Source of the DNA: Geosiphon pyriformis uo1
Taxonomy: Eukaryota > Fungi > Glomeromycota
Direction: 5' to 3'
Assembly (NCBI GenBank): GCA_016748015.1
Contig: JAAOMT010000429.1
Coordinates: forward strand, 344,615-408,614
Length of the DNA stretch: 64,000 nucleotides
Below, piece by piece: positions 14,147 through 28,160 of the stretch (its first letter is position 1; every line of letters begins with the position of its first letter). Below the pieces are notes generated by a model. That model was not told where the DNA came from. It made no database searches and saw only the letters and a list, made by a program, of their open reading frames with translations. The translations under genes and the position numbers were made by a program.

Positions 14147-16512
14147 ATGACGACTCTGAGTGATTCTGCGTATTCCTCTACTACCTCTCTACAGCCTTTT
14201 CTAAATTCTGGGCAGGAATTCTTTCAATGGACCACCAAAAAATATATGAAAAGACTATATCCGCGCTTAAACCCTAAAATTGGGAAATACTGATTACCAC
14301 CAATATTAATGGGCTTACTTTCGTTGACGGAGACTGACATATTGATGCTTCACTTCATAAGAAGCTCCAAGTATATTCATCTTCAAGTAAGTTAGAATTT
14401 TATTCTTATTACTAAGTGAAATCTGTGCTAGATGACCTTAGCATATTGTGTGTCTTCATACTCCATCCTTGTTAGTATAGCTTTTAATAATGGCTTCATT
14501 ATGATGATGGGCACTGTTTTTTTGTTTTGGTCTGCCACTACCGCACCATTATTGCTTATTTCTTTGACAATAATGACTCTCTTTTCTTTTCTACCATACC
14601 AATAGCTACCAATTTACCATCAGTATCAAAGAAACAGAGTTGATGAGGCATTTCAAATGGTGTATATTCAAATAATGATCTTCGAATTATTTTTTCTCTT
14701 CGATAAACATTATCAGTAATTGATTATTCTTTTATCTAGGTCTGCAGTATGTAAAACCCAAATCCTTAATCGCCAGTAGGGTCATATCAAACAACTCCAA
14801 ATTGGTTTGAAAACTTGTGAGAAGAGCTTAAATATCACTGCAGAAACCATATCGCAGGGTTTTGGAACAAGATTCACATCCCTATCTACCTCTTTTTCTC
14901 AGAAGCTGGCATCAGCAAATCTCGAAATGCTATGGAATTTTATAAGACAGTGTTGAGATGCCTATCAGCTGAGGATTTGGTTTTGAGAAAGAGGCTTGAA
15001 AATGCTTGGGTATTCAATATCAGCTTAGCAAATAATACTATCTGGAGAAAAGCGTCTAAACCAGATCCTTATTTCGCTATTGGCACCTGGATGCTTCGAC
15101 AACTTTTCTATGAAAAAATGGATTTAGATCACATTATTGTAACATACGAGCATCCATCCCCACGGCAGGTTTTGCAATTGGTTGCCAAACACCACATGTT
15201 AGACCTAAAGGACATTACAGTTAGTTTGATCATTGACTATTCGCCAAATACTATCAAATTATTAGGTAATGAGTTAAACCAGGTCTCTCAGTCACAGATC
15301 TTGTGTTGAAAGGCAGCTTCCTACTCAAATGCAACAATTACTGGTCCTGTTGATTTCTTCTTGAGATCCTCTCCTCGAAATCACATATACCTGCTTATTC
15401 TTTCTCTGCATTCTCCCAGTATTTTCAAAGACGGGATTGAGTACAATCTCTTTCCAGATGATTACATCTTGAATATTTTTGTGAATGATTGTAGAGGACA
15501 TGGAAGAGATCTCAAAGTATTAGTAAAAACTTTGAATGGGTATGACATCAAATGTAGCAATATGGATAATTCGATGAACAATCTGCATTAAAACCTTTTC
15601 TGTCAATACGCTGATGCTCTCAATCTTAGTGACAAAGAAGCCCAAACCATTGCACGAGCGGTATTGACCCGGCAGCGCGTGAATTTCCACGTGTCTCTTC
15701 TTAATACCCTACAAGTTATTGATCAATTTTGACTGAATAGACGATAGTGCAATGGGATTCCTCACTGCTCTATATGTCTGGATCTGGATATTGGCACAGT
15801 AAGTTTCCAAAGAAGGTGATTCATTGCTTTGAAACTGGCGGTTTAGTGACTACGGAGAACACAGCTCGATAGCAGATTCCTATCCACCACTGAGGTCTAA
15901 ATTTTGAACATTTTATTGCAAAATTTCATTTTCTGAAGCCGTGGGTACTAAATGAACATGAAATGGACAACAATCAAGGAGATTCATGCTGGAAAAGAAT
16001 GTGACATGAAATTTGTAAATCACTACATGGACTTACAAATCGCACCCATCCTGGTCCATGGAGCCGGTGATGTTTTTCAATGTTTAGACTAGTCACATGT
16101 ATCTTATGTCATTACTACTGAAATCGTTCAATGCAAAAAATGGGCAGAAACAACTAATAGTGATTGTACGATAGAAATCCGCATCAGACAACAATTTTTT
16201 TATCTTTACTCAGCTTGAACTTGGCCAGCTACTCGTGGTAAAAATTCTGATATTGTAAATAGCTCAAACTGGGCAAAGTACTTTGGGCCATTTGCTAGAA
16301 GAGCATTCAATTTTGCCTCTGTAGACTTTCTGAATATAAACACTATAGATCCTGTTAAAATCAAGTGGATGGACGGCACTGATGAAAACCAAGCAAATAA
16401 AATAACATTCGAAAGGCTATTTAAAGATATTGAAAAAGCGATAACGAAGACAGATATGCCTGAGCAATTTTTAAAAAGTTTAAATTTTCTAGCAGCTAGA
16501 AAGACATTATAA
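14147..16512 (+). pseudogene. Crinkler (CR)-type effector pseudogene: N-terminal header, P-loop NTPase, PD-(D/E)xK-like nuclease, helix-hairpin-helix
   Basis: Decayed Walker A IPIYLFFSEAGISKSRNAMEF (motif at 14899-14922, cf. SGAGTGKS); RLENAWVFNISL...IGTWMLRQL...TVSLIID; nuclease-like GDVF...TEIVQCK (16066-16137); NWAKYFGPFARRAF then NINT...RLFKDIE...KT (HhH-like) ending in TAA at 16512. Multiple stops and frameshifts. Confidence 0.75.
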
Positions 16513-19500
16513 CAAAGTTATGCTAATAGCTCATTTTTTCTGTCACAGGTTTGCATAATCAAATTTATTTGTACCACTTCGAATCTCTAAAAAGTCATTG
16601 CACCGACAATTTATTACTGCCAAGTCTATGAGTATTTTGGCAATCTTTATGAAAACATGTGATTCTTCAATGATGATTCAGAATGTGATTTTCACTTTTA
16701 TTAAAGTTAATACACTACTATGTCAGAAAAAAAATGCATGACTTGTGGAAAAGTTTTTTTTCCTTTACAAAAAAACCAACTCAAATTTTAATTGTCCAAC
16801 TTTTGGAGAAACAGTTTTTTCTTCAATCTAATACCAAAGCTTACACAGTAATAATCATCAAAAGAAACATTAATGCTCTAAAAAACTTTACTAGCCAAGA
16901 ATAAATTGACATTTTGTCTGTTTTAAAGAATAGAATTTGAAAAACTTATAATAAATTTGGCATTCTTAGGTTATTTTTTAGAAATTTCTGTTTGGAAATT
17001 ATCTAGAGCCAACCAATTGCCCTATATTTAAATAGCAGTAGTACCAAAATATAAGAAGTATTGGAGTAATTTTGGCACTAATAAACTTGGCAGTCACCAA
17101 TAATGTACTTAAGAACAAGCCAAACAAATTCAATTTCTTCTTCAATCCAACCAAGATGGTATTATTTCCAAGAAAATCAAATATTTTTTAAATCACACAG
17201 GAATATCTCAAGATTTACACTAAAATTAAATTACCCAATAAGATTAAGGTCATAGAGACTGAAACCTGAATTGAGATTGAAAAAATGCTAAAAGAGGTGA
17301 TAAAAAAGATGGAAAAACAGAATTTTTGTCATAAAATTTGGTCTCTTTTCATCTCAGATTCTAGCATATTCTTATGAATTATAAAGTTTTTTGGTTAGGC
17401 ATTTACTTTCCATAGTGCCTGGAATTTTGTTATCAGTAGGTCAGGCTTCATTCGGGAATCATCTTTATAGTTTGTATGAAGGAAATAAACCCACTACTAG
17501 TTCAGAGTTACAATAATCATAAACATGCAAATAAAAATATTTCAAAATTTGGAGTGACTTATACCTATTTCATCAATCGAAATTTATTTCCTAATAAAAT
17601 ATAACTTTTCAAATTAGATAAATTGTATTTTAAATAAAAATTCAAAATAAATGAGAAATTAAGTTTTATTTTCAGCTTGAAAAAGTCAAAATGAAAGAAA
17701 GAACCCAATATTTTGACTTTTTGCTAAATATTTTTTTGATTTATTGGATGAAATCAGAATTCAATTTCAACAAATTTAGTTTTTTCAAAAATTGAACACC
17801 AAAATTTTTAAATTTTAGTTTACCTAATCTTTATAATATTTGATGTTTTATTAATTTTTTATTCTTTGAAAATTTAAATCTTCGAGTAAGATCTTGTATA
17901 AAATTAAATTATGGTGAATAAATTCAAAATTCTTGGATCAAATATACAAGAGATACTGATACTTCAAATAATAATTTTACTTTTTATTTTTTGTTTATTA
18001 AATATTTCAAATAATTTTATATATTTATTCCTGAAATATATTGTTCTGTAAATATAATGAACATCTCTGAGGCAAAAATTTAATTTCAGAATAAAAATTT
18101 TAATAGTCTCAATTTCATGCAAGTATTTCCAAGATTCAAAAAAATCTTTGGAATTAATATATCTAAAAAATTTTATCCTCCCTCTTTAAAAAGATTTTAT
18201 ATATTTTAGTCCTTTTTAAAAATAAAATGATTAAGACTATTTTTTAAGTCAAAAGTTGTAAGTCAAAACAAGCTTAAAGAAGCTTTAAATTATTTTATAA
18301 TAGGCTAAAAAATTACTAAAAATAAATTGTAGCAACACTCTTCACTGAAAACTGTGATAAGTGCCGTAATAAACAAAAAATTTATTTCAAAGAAAGAAAA
18401 TATTGCTTCTATACTGCTTATAGTAAACATTGGATATTTGGAATAATAACAATTTGATACACGAAAGGCTAAGTTATTTTCGCAAAAGTAATGTTATTGA
18501 TAGTCTCATTTCTGTAGATAGATGCATTTATCAGCTTAATTAATTGAATATGTATAATGCTCCCTTTTCTATAAATACTTTAATAAATTTTCATTTCGAT
18601 TGAACTCGATCTCGAAAGATAAAAGATTACCACATCAATTACTTTTAGGACCTTAGTAGACAGTTTGCAGAATGTTTAGAAGACACGAAAAAGAAACTAT
18701 TGTTTCGCATGCGTACAACTAAAAAAAAAATTCTCAGGTCTCTTTGATTTCTCAATTTATAGTTTTTGTGCTCAACCTTATAAAAACATGACTAACAAAT
18801 TATATAATCAGCCATCTCAAAAAGTGTGCATATTCAAAAATTCCAGGGGTTATTTGAGAAAAAAATTTAATTCAAAACTCTGGTCTGTATAAACCAACCA
18901 AAATTAATATTAGAATATTCGTATTAAAGAGATAAAAAACTTTCGATTCGAGTTGATATCTCATGTTTCTACATTTATCACGTAATATTTTAAGATACAG
19001 ATAGTTGTAATAACTTTCAATAAAAAACTTCATTGATTCCTTGTCTGGTTTTTAAAGTTTAGATTGTAAGCTACTTGCTTTAAAGGTAACTCATATTCAT
19101 TCATTGTTGAGTTTTCGAAAATTTAGATCAATAAAGTTTTTCGAATTAATCACCAAAACACTTTTATTTTTAGAGTATTTATTTTTTAATAATCACAGTT
19201 AAATTTGTGATGACAAATTTTTTGCATTAAGATCCAGGTAAAAAGTTTTAAAATTATTTTCAATGTACTTGAGCAAATTTTATCTCGCTTTATTTTTTTT
19301 TAGGAAATATGTTTCCGATCTTTTCCATCTAATTTTTTGGCTGCATATATTTAGTGTATATAATGTTATTACAAAAAATCTCTTTTAATATGGCATCTTA
19401 ACATAGCTAAATCTTTTCTAATATATCACCTAATTTTGCATCATTATATTTCTAAAAATTTCCTATACCAAATCAATGGCTCTGGGTTTAAGCCGATGAT

Positions 19501-20631
19501 TTGGTCACAATCCTTGATGGTTATACAAATGTTTCATAAGCATGAGGTGATTTTACCGGTTTGCATATTATTAAGTTCATTGTGGTAATATAATATGCAT
19601 ATTTTTTAAACTTTGATAACTCTTGGCTGAAAAGTTCCTATTCCAGTACAACAGCCCCAAGTTAAAAACTAACAGATAATGATTTATTTTCACTAATATA
19701 TTCATCTTTTATGTTATCTAGGACGTGTGTACAACAATACTGATGGTGATCCAAAGTCTGGGACAGGAAGTAAATCAAATTGATAAATGGGGATCGAGAG
19801 TATGCTTTGACCTGCTGAAAATCACAAAAACCCGATGAACCCAAAATTTTGTTCAAGTGCGAAATTTAATTTGAACCTCTTAATTTCATTAAAGTACTTA
19901 ATCAAAGTGTGAAACTAAAATTAAGGTTTTATATTAAAAAATAAAATAATAATTGGGAGGAAATGGAAAAAAAGAAAGATTACCAACTCCTCCTCTTGCT
20001 TAATATTTGTAACGTTAGATAAATTTAATATATCCTTTTATAGGCTTTAAAGACATGAAAAATGTGATTTCCGAGTATTATCAAATCTAAATTATCATTA
20101 AAACGTGCATGTAAGAATTAATAATTAAGATTTGAAAACAGACATCTTAAGGTTCTTTTATTGCTTAAAGGGGGCACCATTGTTTCAACCTATTTCGTTA
20201 CTTTCATCAAATAGTCATTCAAAAGTATCTAAAAAAAAATTTTACTTTGAAAATTAACTCAAAGAAATATAAAAAATTTCTCAAGAACTTATCCAATTCG
20301 TTGGAAAAAAATACTGGTTTCAAATTGAAACTAATTTTGCATATCTGCAGGAATAAAAATTTCCCAGTATCACAGTTTCATCCTGTTTGTGTTTTTTTTT
20401 CAGATCCAAAATGATGGATATTTAGAACATCTGATTATTTAATTAATCAATACTATAGTGAAGCTTTTATGGTATAATGATTGTAGTGATTAGCCCTTTG
20501 CCAAAAAAAAAAGAGGGAATTGTATTTGGGGAATATCTTGATGATTGGCAGCTAAATGTGGTCAATAACAGTTACATAATTTAATGCGGAATATAAGCAA
20601 CCCTGGTGTTTGTTTAACCCTGAAAACAATA

Positions 20632-20682
20632 CTAGATAATTTGCTTTCCTAGATAATTTGCTTTCCTAGATAATTTGCTTTC
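20632..20682. repeat. 17-bp unit x3 tandem repeat
   Basis: CTAGATAATTTGCTTTC repeated three times exactly. Confidence 0.95.
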
Positions 20683-21319
20683 TACCAATTATTCGGTCGG
20701 AAAGTAACATTTCTTAGACCTCATTGATGGCATGTTTTAATCAAAACTGGTAATCCTTACCTAAAATGCTAAATTATTCATTTCTTGTCAAATAAAACAG
20801 ATTGTATTTTATCAGTAACTTAACCTTAAACAGAAAATAATTTATCATTGCTCTTCAGAGCCAATTTTAAATACTCATAAATTTTCATGTTCTCAAACTT
20901 TAAATTATAAATTTTTTAGAAAAAATTTACCCTGCAATCAATCAATGAGAAACGCTTCGGAAAAAAATTGAAAAGAAAAATTCGTAAATGCGATACAGTC
21001 ATGAAAATTTTTTCAAAGTTACTATGAGATATTTTTCTCTCCGCACTTAAAGATCTCGTTTAAAAGTCATTTTGGCTGACATATGATGCTTTTTAAATAT
21101 AAAATACCCCTGCCAACTTTCTTCTTTTCCCATGATCGTCAACCTACTCCTATGATACAGTTTTGAAATTAATTTTTTTAACCTTCTTTTCACTTTTCTC
21201 TTTGCCTTTATCCTGGATCAGATTGAAAATTCCTCCTCCTCCCCATCTTCTCAAGTTTATTTCACATATTTTTCAAAAGTATTCAACCTGAACTCCCTTC
21301 CAATAAAAACAACGCTTTA

Positions 21320-22044
21320 ATCACTCTCCCCAAACGCAATCAAGATGTACTTTACAAAATCACAGACCAACTTAATTTACTAGCATAAATCTCGCTCCGA
21401 AGGACGTGTCGCTATTTCTCTAAAGCATTTTCTGATAATTTTGTATTTTCTTACTGGGAATAATACCCAAATTTCCTTTTTTGATCAATTATTCAAATAC
21501 CTTCAATCAAAGAATTCCTTTGATATTTTTAAAAGTTTTACTTTTTACAATATGTATATCCTTAAAAACTATAAAATTTACCTTAATAAATTGTCAAAAT
21601 ATACGAGAAATTGCAATTACTGCCTGCAAAAATATTGAATTCACGGCACTGACTAGCATCCTAGTGGCTTGGCATCAGGATAAAACTGGTCAATCACCCA
21701 AACTTGATTCCTTGGAGCATTTTATTATTTCACGTTGTTTCAGTGGTCGAAGACATACTTTTTTGGCCAAAAATGTGCGATCTCATTTCGTAATTATTGA
21801 CGCAAAAATCTTCGAAATTATTAATTGTGAAATTCCTGGATGTGTCACATGTTTAAAGAGATGCGCCAATTGTGGCGTACAATATTAATTTTGGGACTCG
21901 GTTTGGTTCACATGTGGTTGGTGCTATAAAAGTGATTATTGTGGTGCTTGTGTCGCTGAGGCCAATCAAAAAAAGTCTACAATCGATCCAGGATTTCATC
22001 GTGTTAAAATGAATTTCTGTAAAATTTTTGATATTGATTGTTAA
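21320..22044 (+). pseudogene. F-box/Cys-rich paralog 3, pseudogene
   Basis: ITLPKRNQDVLYKITDQLNLLA*ISLRRTCRYF (F-box with a stop), two frameshifts, then WHQDKTGQSPKL...FIISRCFSG...CEIPGCVTCLKRCANCGVQY*FWDSVWFTCGWCYKSDYCGAC...FCKIFDIDC* ending at 22044. Start coordinate approximate. Confidence 0.85.
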
Positions 22045-22879
22045 ATTCTAAAATGCTCTGTTCTCTGTTCGTTAATAAACCTCAAGAGATATCAATGTTT
22101 GGATTTGAATTATCTATGTTTTTTATGTAATCTATTCTTTAAGGTATATAATTTCTTTTATGAATAATAATTATGTTAAGAAGTACTCTTTGCCCCTGTG
22201 TAACCTATTGAATTAAAAAATTTATGCCAATAAATTCGATTTGGAAAATAGTGAGTTTTGTCTTCAACCTTAGATATAAGCTAATAATATTTGCTCAAAT
22301 AAATTTTTTTATAGTTTGTGAGACTAACATCATTTGCGATTTTATATTACCTATTTGATAAAAAATATTTACCCATTGTATAAATTTAAAATAGATATTA
22401 AAAATTCAAAAATAACTTTGTGAATTTTTGGAAATAATCGACATAGTAAAAAAGAAATGTTTATATCTTAAGCCATTATGATTATAATCCCAAATTTGTG
22501 AGCTTTTTATGCAAAAAAAGTTCTATTCAAAGAATTAATACAACATAAAAAGAAATTATTTCTTATTTATTTTTTTGAGCCATAAATATATATTTTATTC
22601 ATACTGAGAAAAGTAAAAAAAATTGTTGCATGTTCCCAATCTAGCCAGGAAACTATTAATAAAAGTAAAATTTTATTATTTTAGATATGAATCTATTTTT
22701 TTTGTGCGTATACATGGTCACTTGCCTTAAACGAAAAGTTACATATTTTGAACATCACTTGGGATTAACAAAAAAAAATTATTATAGTTAACAAATCTTT
22801 TTATTATATCAATTTCTTATTCAAAATAAATAATTTTTATCAAAATCAAATTTATATGATAGTTGTATTTGTAATAAAC

Positions 22880-24400
22880 AGCTTTTTAAAATCTTTTAAG
22901 CTAACTTATTCTTCACATTAAAAATTAAAAAAACAGATTTATAATTTTTTTTTCATTGACAAATTTCAAATTTATGTATATTAAAAATTTAATAAAACTA
23001 CTTTATTTTTATATTATTATTTCAAAAAAATATAATCAAGTCATTTTTACAAAAAGTATCAACAGAAAAATTAATTGTAATAAAGTTCTTGAAAATAAAT
23101 CACCCATAATTTATTTCAATATTATGAATGTTTTGTTAAACTTAGATTTTTTTACATTTTTATTTATTATTTTTTTTTTAAATTATTCAGCAACCCAGTT
23201 AACTTAATTGTTACTTTAATTAATTACTTGGTCATTAATTTTTTTAAAGCTAAACAGCTAAATTTTTCACTAGATTTAATGATTTTTCAAAATAACATAA
23301 ATTATTACTTGAGAAAAGTTCAAAAATAGAGACAGTTTGATAGCTTTCTTTATTCTTAGTTTTTAAAGAGGTTTTAATTAATTAATAAATAGCTATCCAA
23401 TTGTAAACTTGTTACTTTAGGACTTTGAACTCTAAAAAAAATTGGTAAAATATAACTGAGAATATTAACTAATTAATGTGATTGTTTTTTGCCTCAAATT
23501 TTTTCTTAAAATATGCTTGTTTAAAAAAGTAAACAGTTATACTGAATATGTTTTGGCTAAATAATTAATCAAAAACTAATTCCAAAAATCTTGAAACTTT
23601 TGACTCAACTAAACTTTAACTGAAAAACAAATAAGACAAAATAAAAAAAGATTAAGTTTAATATAGATTAAAAATAATTTTGGGTTTTTGTGTTAAAAAA
23701 AGTAATTACTTATACAATAGTGAATGACTTCAAGATTTAACAATCTTATAAAGGCCACTATTTTTATATAATAATCGAATATAATATGTTAATGATAACA
23801 AAAAAAAACAGTAATGTATAGTGATAAATAATTAAAAGATAAATTCAATTTTTATAAATAAATCAAATTAATACGGATTTAATATGTAAAATCAGTCTTA
23901 TAAATATCTTAGTTGTTATTTTTTTAAAAAAATAACAAAAAAATTTAAAAGTAAAAAAACAATCTATACTGTTAATAAAAAATAAAACACTAATATCATT
24001 TTATGTTTTATGTGAATGTTCTTAAAATTTAATACCAAATATTAGTTGTACTTTTTAAAAAATATTTATTTAATATACTTTACAAAAACTAACAATTATA
24101 CAAATCAAAAAAGAAAATAAAAGAGTTGATATTATTATATTGATTTTGTTTAAATAAATTGATTTAAGTGTAAATTTTTGTTTTAACTAAATTTTCTGCA
24201 GTTTTAAAAAGTATCTTTTATATACTTTTAAAAAAGAATCAATAATCGAATTAGTAATTACATCAATAATTCAGTCAATAATCAAGTTATTATTTAAGTT
24301 AATAATTATATCAATTACTAATTCCAAAAATAAAATGGTTAATATAATAACATTAATGGTTAATACATGTAATTAAATATGGCTAAATAAATAAAATAAT
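22880..24400 (-). mobile_element. truncated relic (LTR, PBS region, gag 5' part) of a Gypsy element related to the one at 54882-63405
   Basis: Reverse complement matches the LTR (ttacatgtattaaccattaatg; ataagactgattttacatatt), the post-LTR leader and the gag region (tttttggaattagtttttg...atttagccaaaa) of the downstream element. Boundaries approximate. Confidence 0.7.
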
Positions 24401-25896
24401 AATAAATTAAAAGTTTCACTTATAACAATACTATTATTAAGCATTCTTGTTTGATAATAATATCATTTTATTTGGCAAATAACATTATTTACTAATAAAG
24501 ACTATCGCATATTTTTTTATTTTATTTAATTGAAATAAGACGGCATTTAATTAATATCTTAAACCATTAATATAAAAATAAAAAATTTATTCAAATCAGA
24601 TTGTTTAAGATAAGCTCAAAAGTCAGCCTTTCTTTAAGTATATCAAAAGCTTTTTGCTCAGTTGATTTCCAATAATTATTTACATTTTTCAAAGAATTTG
24701 AGTCAAAAAATAGATGATTTTGGCGAACTTTTAAAAATTTTTAATAATAAAATACTAATTCAAAGAAAAATTAAGTTTGTTTATATTTATTGGTTGTTTG
24801 ACTTTGTATTTTTTTATCTTAGCTGGATTAAAGAAAAGTTTATTTTTTAAAATAAAAATTCCTAAGAAGCAATTAACACCCAAAAAAAAATTGATCAGAT
24901 TTATTATAAGATTTGTATTTCAGAAAAGATTCCAAGTTTTTGAATAAATAATAATATTGTTCAAATATACTAAAACAATTATTTATAAACTGGTCTAAAT
25001 ATTTTATCTATCAAATATTGAAAAATGGGAAAAATATTTATTAATTTAAAAGACATTACAGTAAACTTATAAGTTTTATATTTCATAATAAACTTTATTG
25101 TGTCTTTACTAACAAAATTCATTTCAATTTGCCAAAATTTGACAGTTAAATCTATTGTTAAAAAAAAATTCTATTTATGAATTTATTTAATATTGAGAAG
25201 AAAATAAAATCTTAATTAATGTTAATATTTAATTTGCAATAATTAATACTAAATTGTGAAATTCTCTTTTTTAAATAATTAACTTTAGCTTCTGTATAAA
25301 ACCAAGTTTTTTTCATTTATTCTATTTCTTTCTTAATAAATTTATTATTTTGTCAATTAAGCTAGTAAAACTTTATATAGATTAGTTAAATTAGTTTAAT
25401 TTTAATTATTTATTTAAATTAGATTCATTAGTTAAGAACATTTTTCTTTTTTATTAAAAATAAGGCTAATAAATTTTTAATCTCTAATAAATTATACATG
25501 TTTTATATTTGTCACTAAAAAAATGTAGAAATTAATTGTACTAATATCTTACACAAAGACTATGTTTTTGGTCAGATTGTTGATAAAACATTTTTTTAAG
25601 CATGTTATAAAATGGCTAATAAATAAGTTTTTCATTTACAACTAATTTTTTGCTGTTTCCTTGTATATTATTAAAAAGCTTTTTTATTGCTGAATGTTGT
25701 AAAAGCTAACTTGGGTTTTTAGTCTTTTTTCCTTTATCTTTAGAGTTTTTAAAATCTTCAAAATTGGTATTATTACTGTTATTGTTTTAAGATTGCTGTT
25801 GTTGTTAAGCTACTTTTGAAGGCACTGTTTAATATCTGCATTTTATAATAATTGAGTAAATTATTGAATTCATAGCAAAAGAAAAAATATTGGCTA

Positions 25897-27429
25897 TTAA
25901 TTATTAGCTCTATTTTGAAAATTTCTCAGAGAATCCTCAAGATTCTCTAACTTATGAATTGCTTCACAATTGCCCATTTCAACTCCAAAATAAGGCCCAC
26001 TATGAAATAATTTGCCCGGAACTTCGCTTATTGATTGACCAGCATTACACTCCTAAATAACATAAAATAAGAAAATTTAACGCCATTTCACTAAAAATTC
26101 TTAATTAAATATAAGTTAATGCTAACCAAATTCTCTTCAGAATACTGCGACTTGACCCATAATTCTCTTTCATTAATTGAAAGCGTAATAAAATTACAAT
26201 TCCAATACGTATTTGGATCATCAGGACAGTCACAATTACTCAATGGGTCAATCCAGATTTCAGTACCAAAATGTTTCCACCCCATTGAAGACGAAGGAAA
26301 GTGCGGCACATGATCGTTTCCATGGGTAAAGCGGCGATGAACGATTTCTAGGTTGAAAGCATCGCTAAGGTATCTGTTACCAATTCTCGGAGCTCCATAA
26401 GTAAAAATACCCTCCCCTGTTGCGCTTAAATTAATATTCGGCCAAAGGTTGTTTTTTATGATTTCAAATCTTTCAATTGACCACCTAATCGCAGCGATAC
26501 TGGCATATGCTTTTATATTTAAAAGATTATTTAATGTTTAAAAAAGGGAAATGATTCTTACTTTTTAAATTGAAAATAAAAAATATTGAGAAAACCAACC
26601 TCCACCAAGACCATGTCCCACAAATAGAATACTATTTACTTTCGGAAATTGACTTAAAAATGATTTAATAGTTTCACTTAAAGTAGGAAACAATAAATTC
26701 ACATCTTTCAATAATTGTGAATCTACACGAGCTCTTTCGTCAAACTTTAAAGCATCTGTAAAACGGAGTGGCACTTGTCTTGAGTTTTTAGAAGCCCATT
26801 GTTCTTTCGTTAATTTCTAATATAAATAAAGAAGCATTATTATCTCAAGATTTTATTTGATTTAAAATATTAAAGAGGTTGAGATAATTACTGGTCCCGC
26901 AAACATTATTAATAAAATGCTATTATATGGTGAAATGAAGTAATATCGAGCGTCCACTAATGAACAGTATTTGAAATATAAATTAATTGTCTTAAGAAAA
27001 TTTTCATTTAAAATTAACTTCTTTTCGGAATCAAATACCTTTAATTTGTAAGCCAGGCACTTTTGAGCCAATATTATTTAGATCAAGACAGTCAAATGCA
27101 TTTACTATGAATGCAACATCCGAGGAAATTAATAACCCTTCATCATCAGGTAACATTCGTCTCTTAATTCGTGATTGTGGTGGTGAACGTTTTTTAGTTT
27201 GATTGATTTTTAGCGGGATATGGATTTCATTTATCCAATTAATCATAGTAGGAGAGGTGTAGTTTATATCTTGTTTTTTATTCTTTTGGATTACTTTAGA
27301 GACTATCCAGCTACTGTGCTTTTCATGCATTAAAAAACAAAAAAATGATGCCATAAAAATCACAGGAACAATATTAGTTTTTCTCGGATAATAGACTTTG
27401 AATGTTATTTGATTATTAAAAGAACCCAT
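25897..27429 (-). CDS. class-3 (fungal) lipase-like protein with catalytic Ser replaced by Gly, copy A (~403 aa, 5 exons)
   Basis: Exons 27429-27039, 26956-26892, 26816-26600, 26509-26127, 26052-25897, all GT-AG, total 1212 nt with no internal stop. Motifs ILFVGHGLGGAYA, TYGAPRIGN, RFTHGNDHVPHFP, WKHFGTEIWI, FHSGPYFG. N-terminal hydrophobic segment and KR sites. Confidence 0.85.
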
Positions 27430-27869
27430 TTTTTTGATTTTCAAGAAGGATATAACAGAATATTTTTATCATTTTTTCAAGATGCATTAAATGTAGATCG
27501 AGCTTATTTGTTTTTTCAGAGCATCTTATTTAGACAAAATAAAGGAATGGATCCTCTTTTTGATAATATTTTTCCTGACCACCTATCACACTATAACTTT
27601 CATTTAATTTAATTTATAAACAAACTTATTGCATACATTTTTTATTCCTTGTTATATTTTTGAGCTGGAAAATGAAACTTTATTTTGCAAATTTGATATT
27701 GGTCACAATAATACTATTTTTAGCTTTTATTTCAAAGGACTGTATAAGGAGTCGTGAATTAGTAGATTATGATAGAAAATGACGTTGCAAAATGTTCCCT
27801 CTGATATATTTATTATTTTTTTCCTTTTTGTTCACCAAGAAACTACTAAAAAGATTTAAAGAGATCCCA

Positions 27870-28160
27870 TAATATTTAGTGATTTTTGATGATAAATTTA
27901 GCTCTTGAACTCAAAGTTCTTTTCTATTGTGAATGTAAGCATAAGACTTTCCTTTTAGGATTTTCAGTTCATCCCTTTCCTTGCTAGTAGAAATGTTAGC
28001 CTTCAGAGCACGAGTTTGTTTGCGGCAATATGATCTAATCATGGCACTTTCTTCTTGATAATCTTCTTTTGGCTTGGTGACTGACTCATTGTTTTAGGTT
28101 TAAATATTGAAAGTGTTCACAGAAGAATCATCACTAAGAAGAGCATGATAGTGAAGAATG
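27870..28160 (-). pseudogene. Crinkler N-terminal ubiquitin-like header relic (left arm, facing lipase A)
   Basis: LSDDSSVNTFNI...ESVTK...KKIIKKKVP*LDHIAANKLVL, with stops and frameshifts; mirror of 30528-30720. Confidence 0.7.

Noticed and set aside
18340-18460. Possible kinase Cys-header remnant (CDKC...YCF...HWIFG)
   Set aside because: No downstream kinase motifs found
20632-20682. Short direct repeats as a possible CRISPR-like array (also 3231-3312 and 58660-58870)
   Set aside because: Head-to-tail repeats without unique spacers, eukaryotic context, no cas genes
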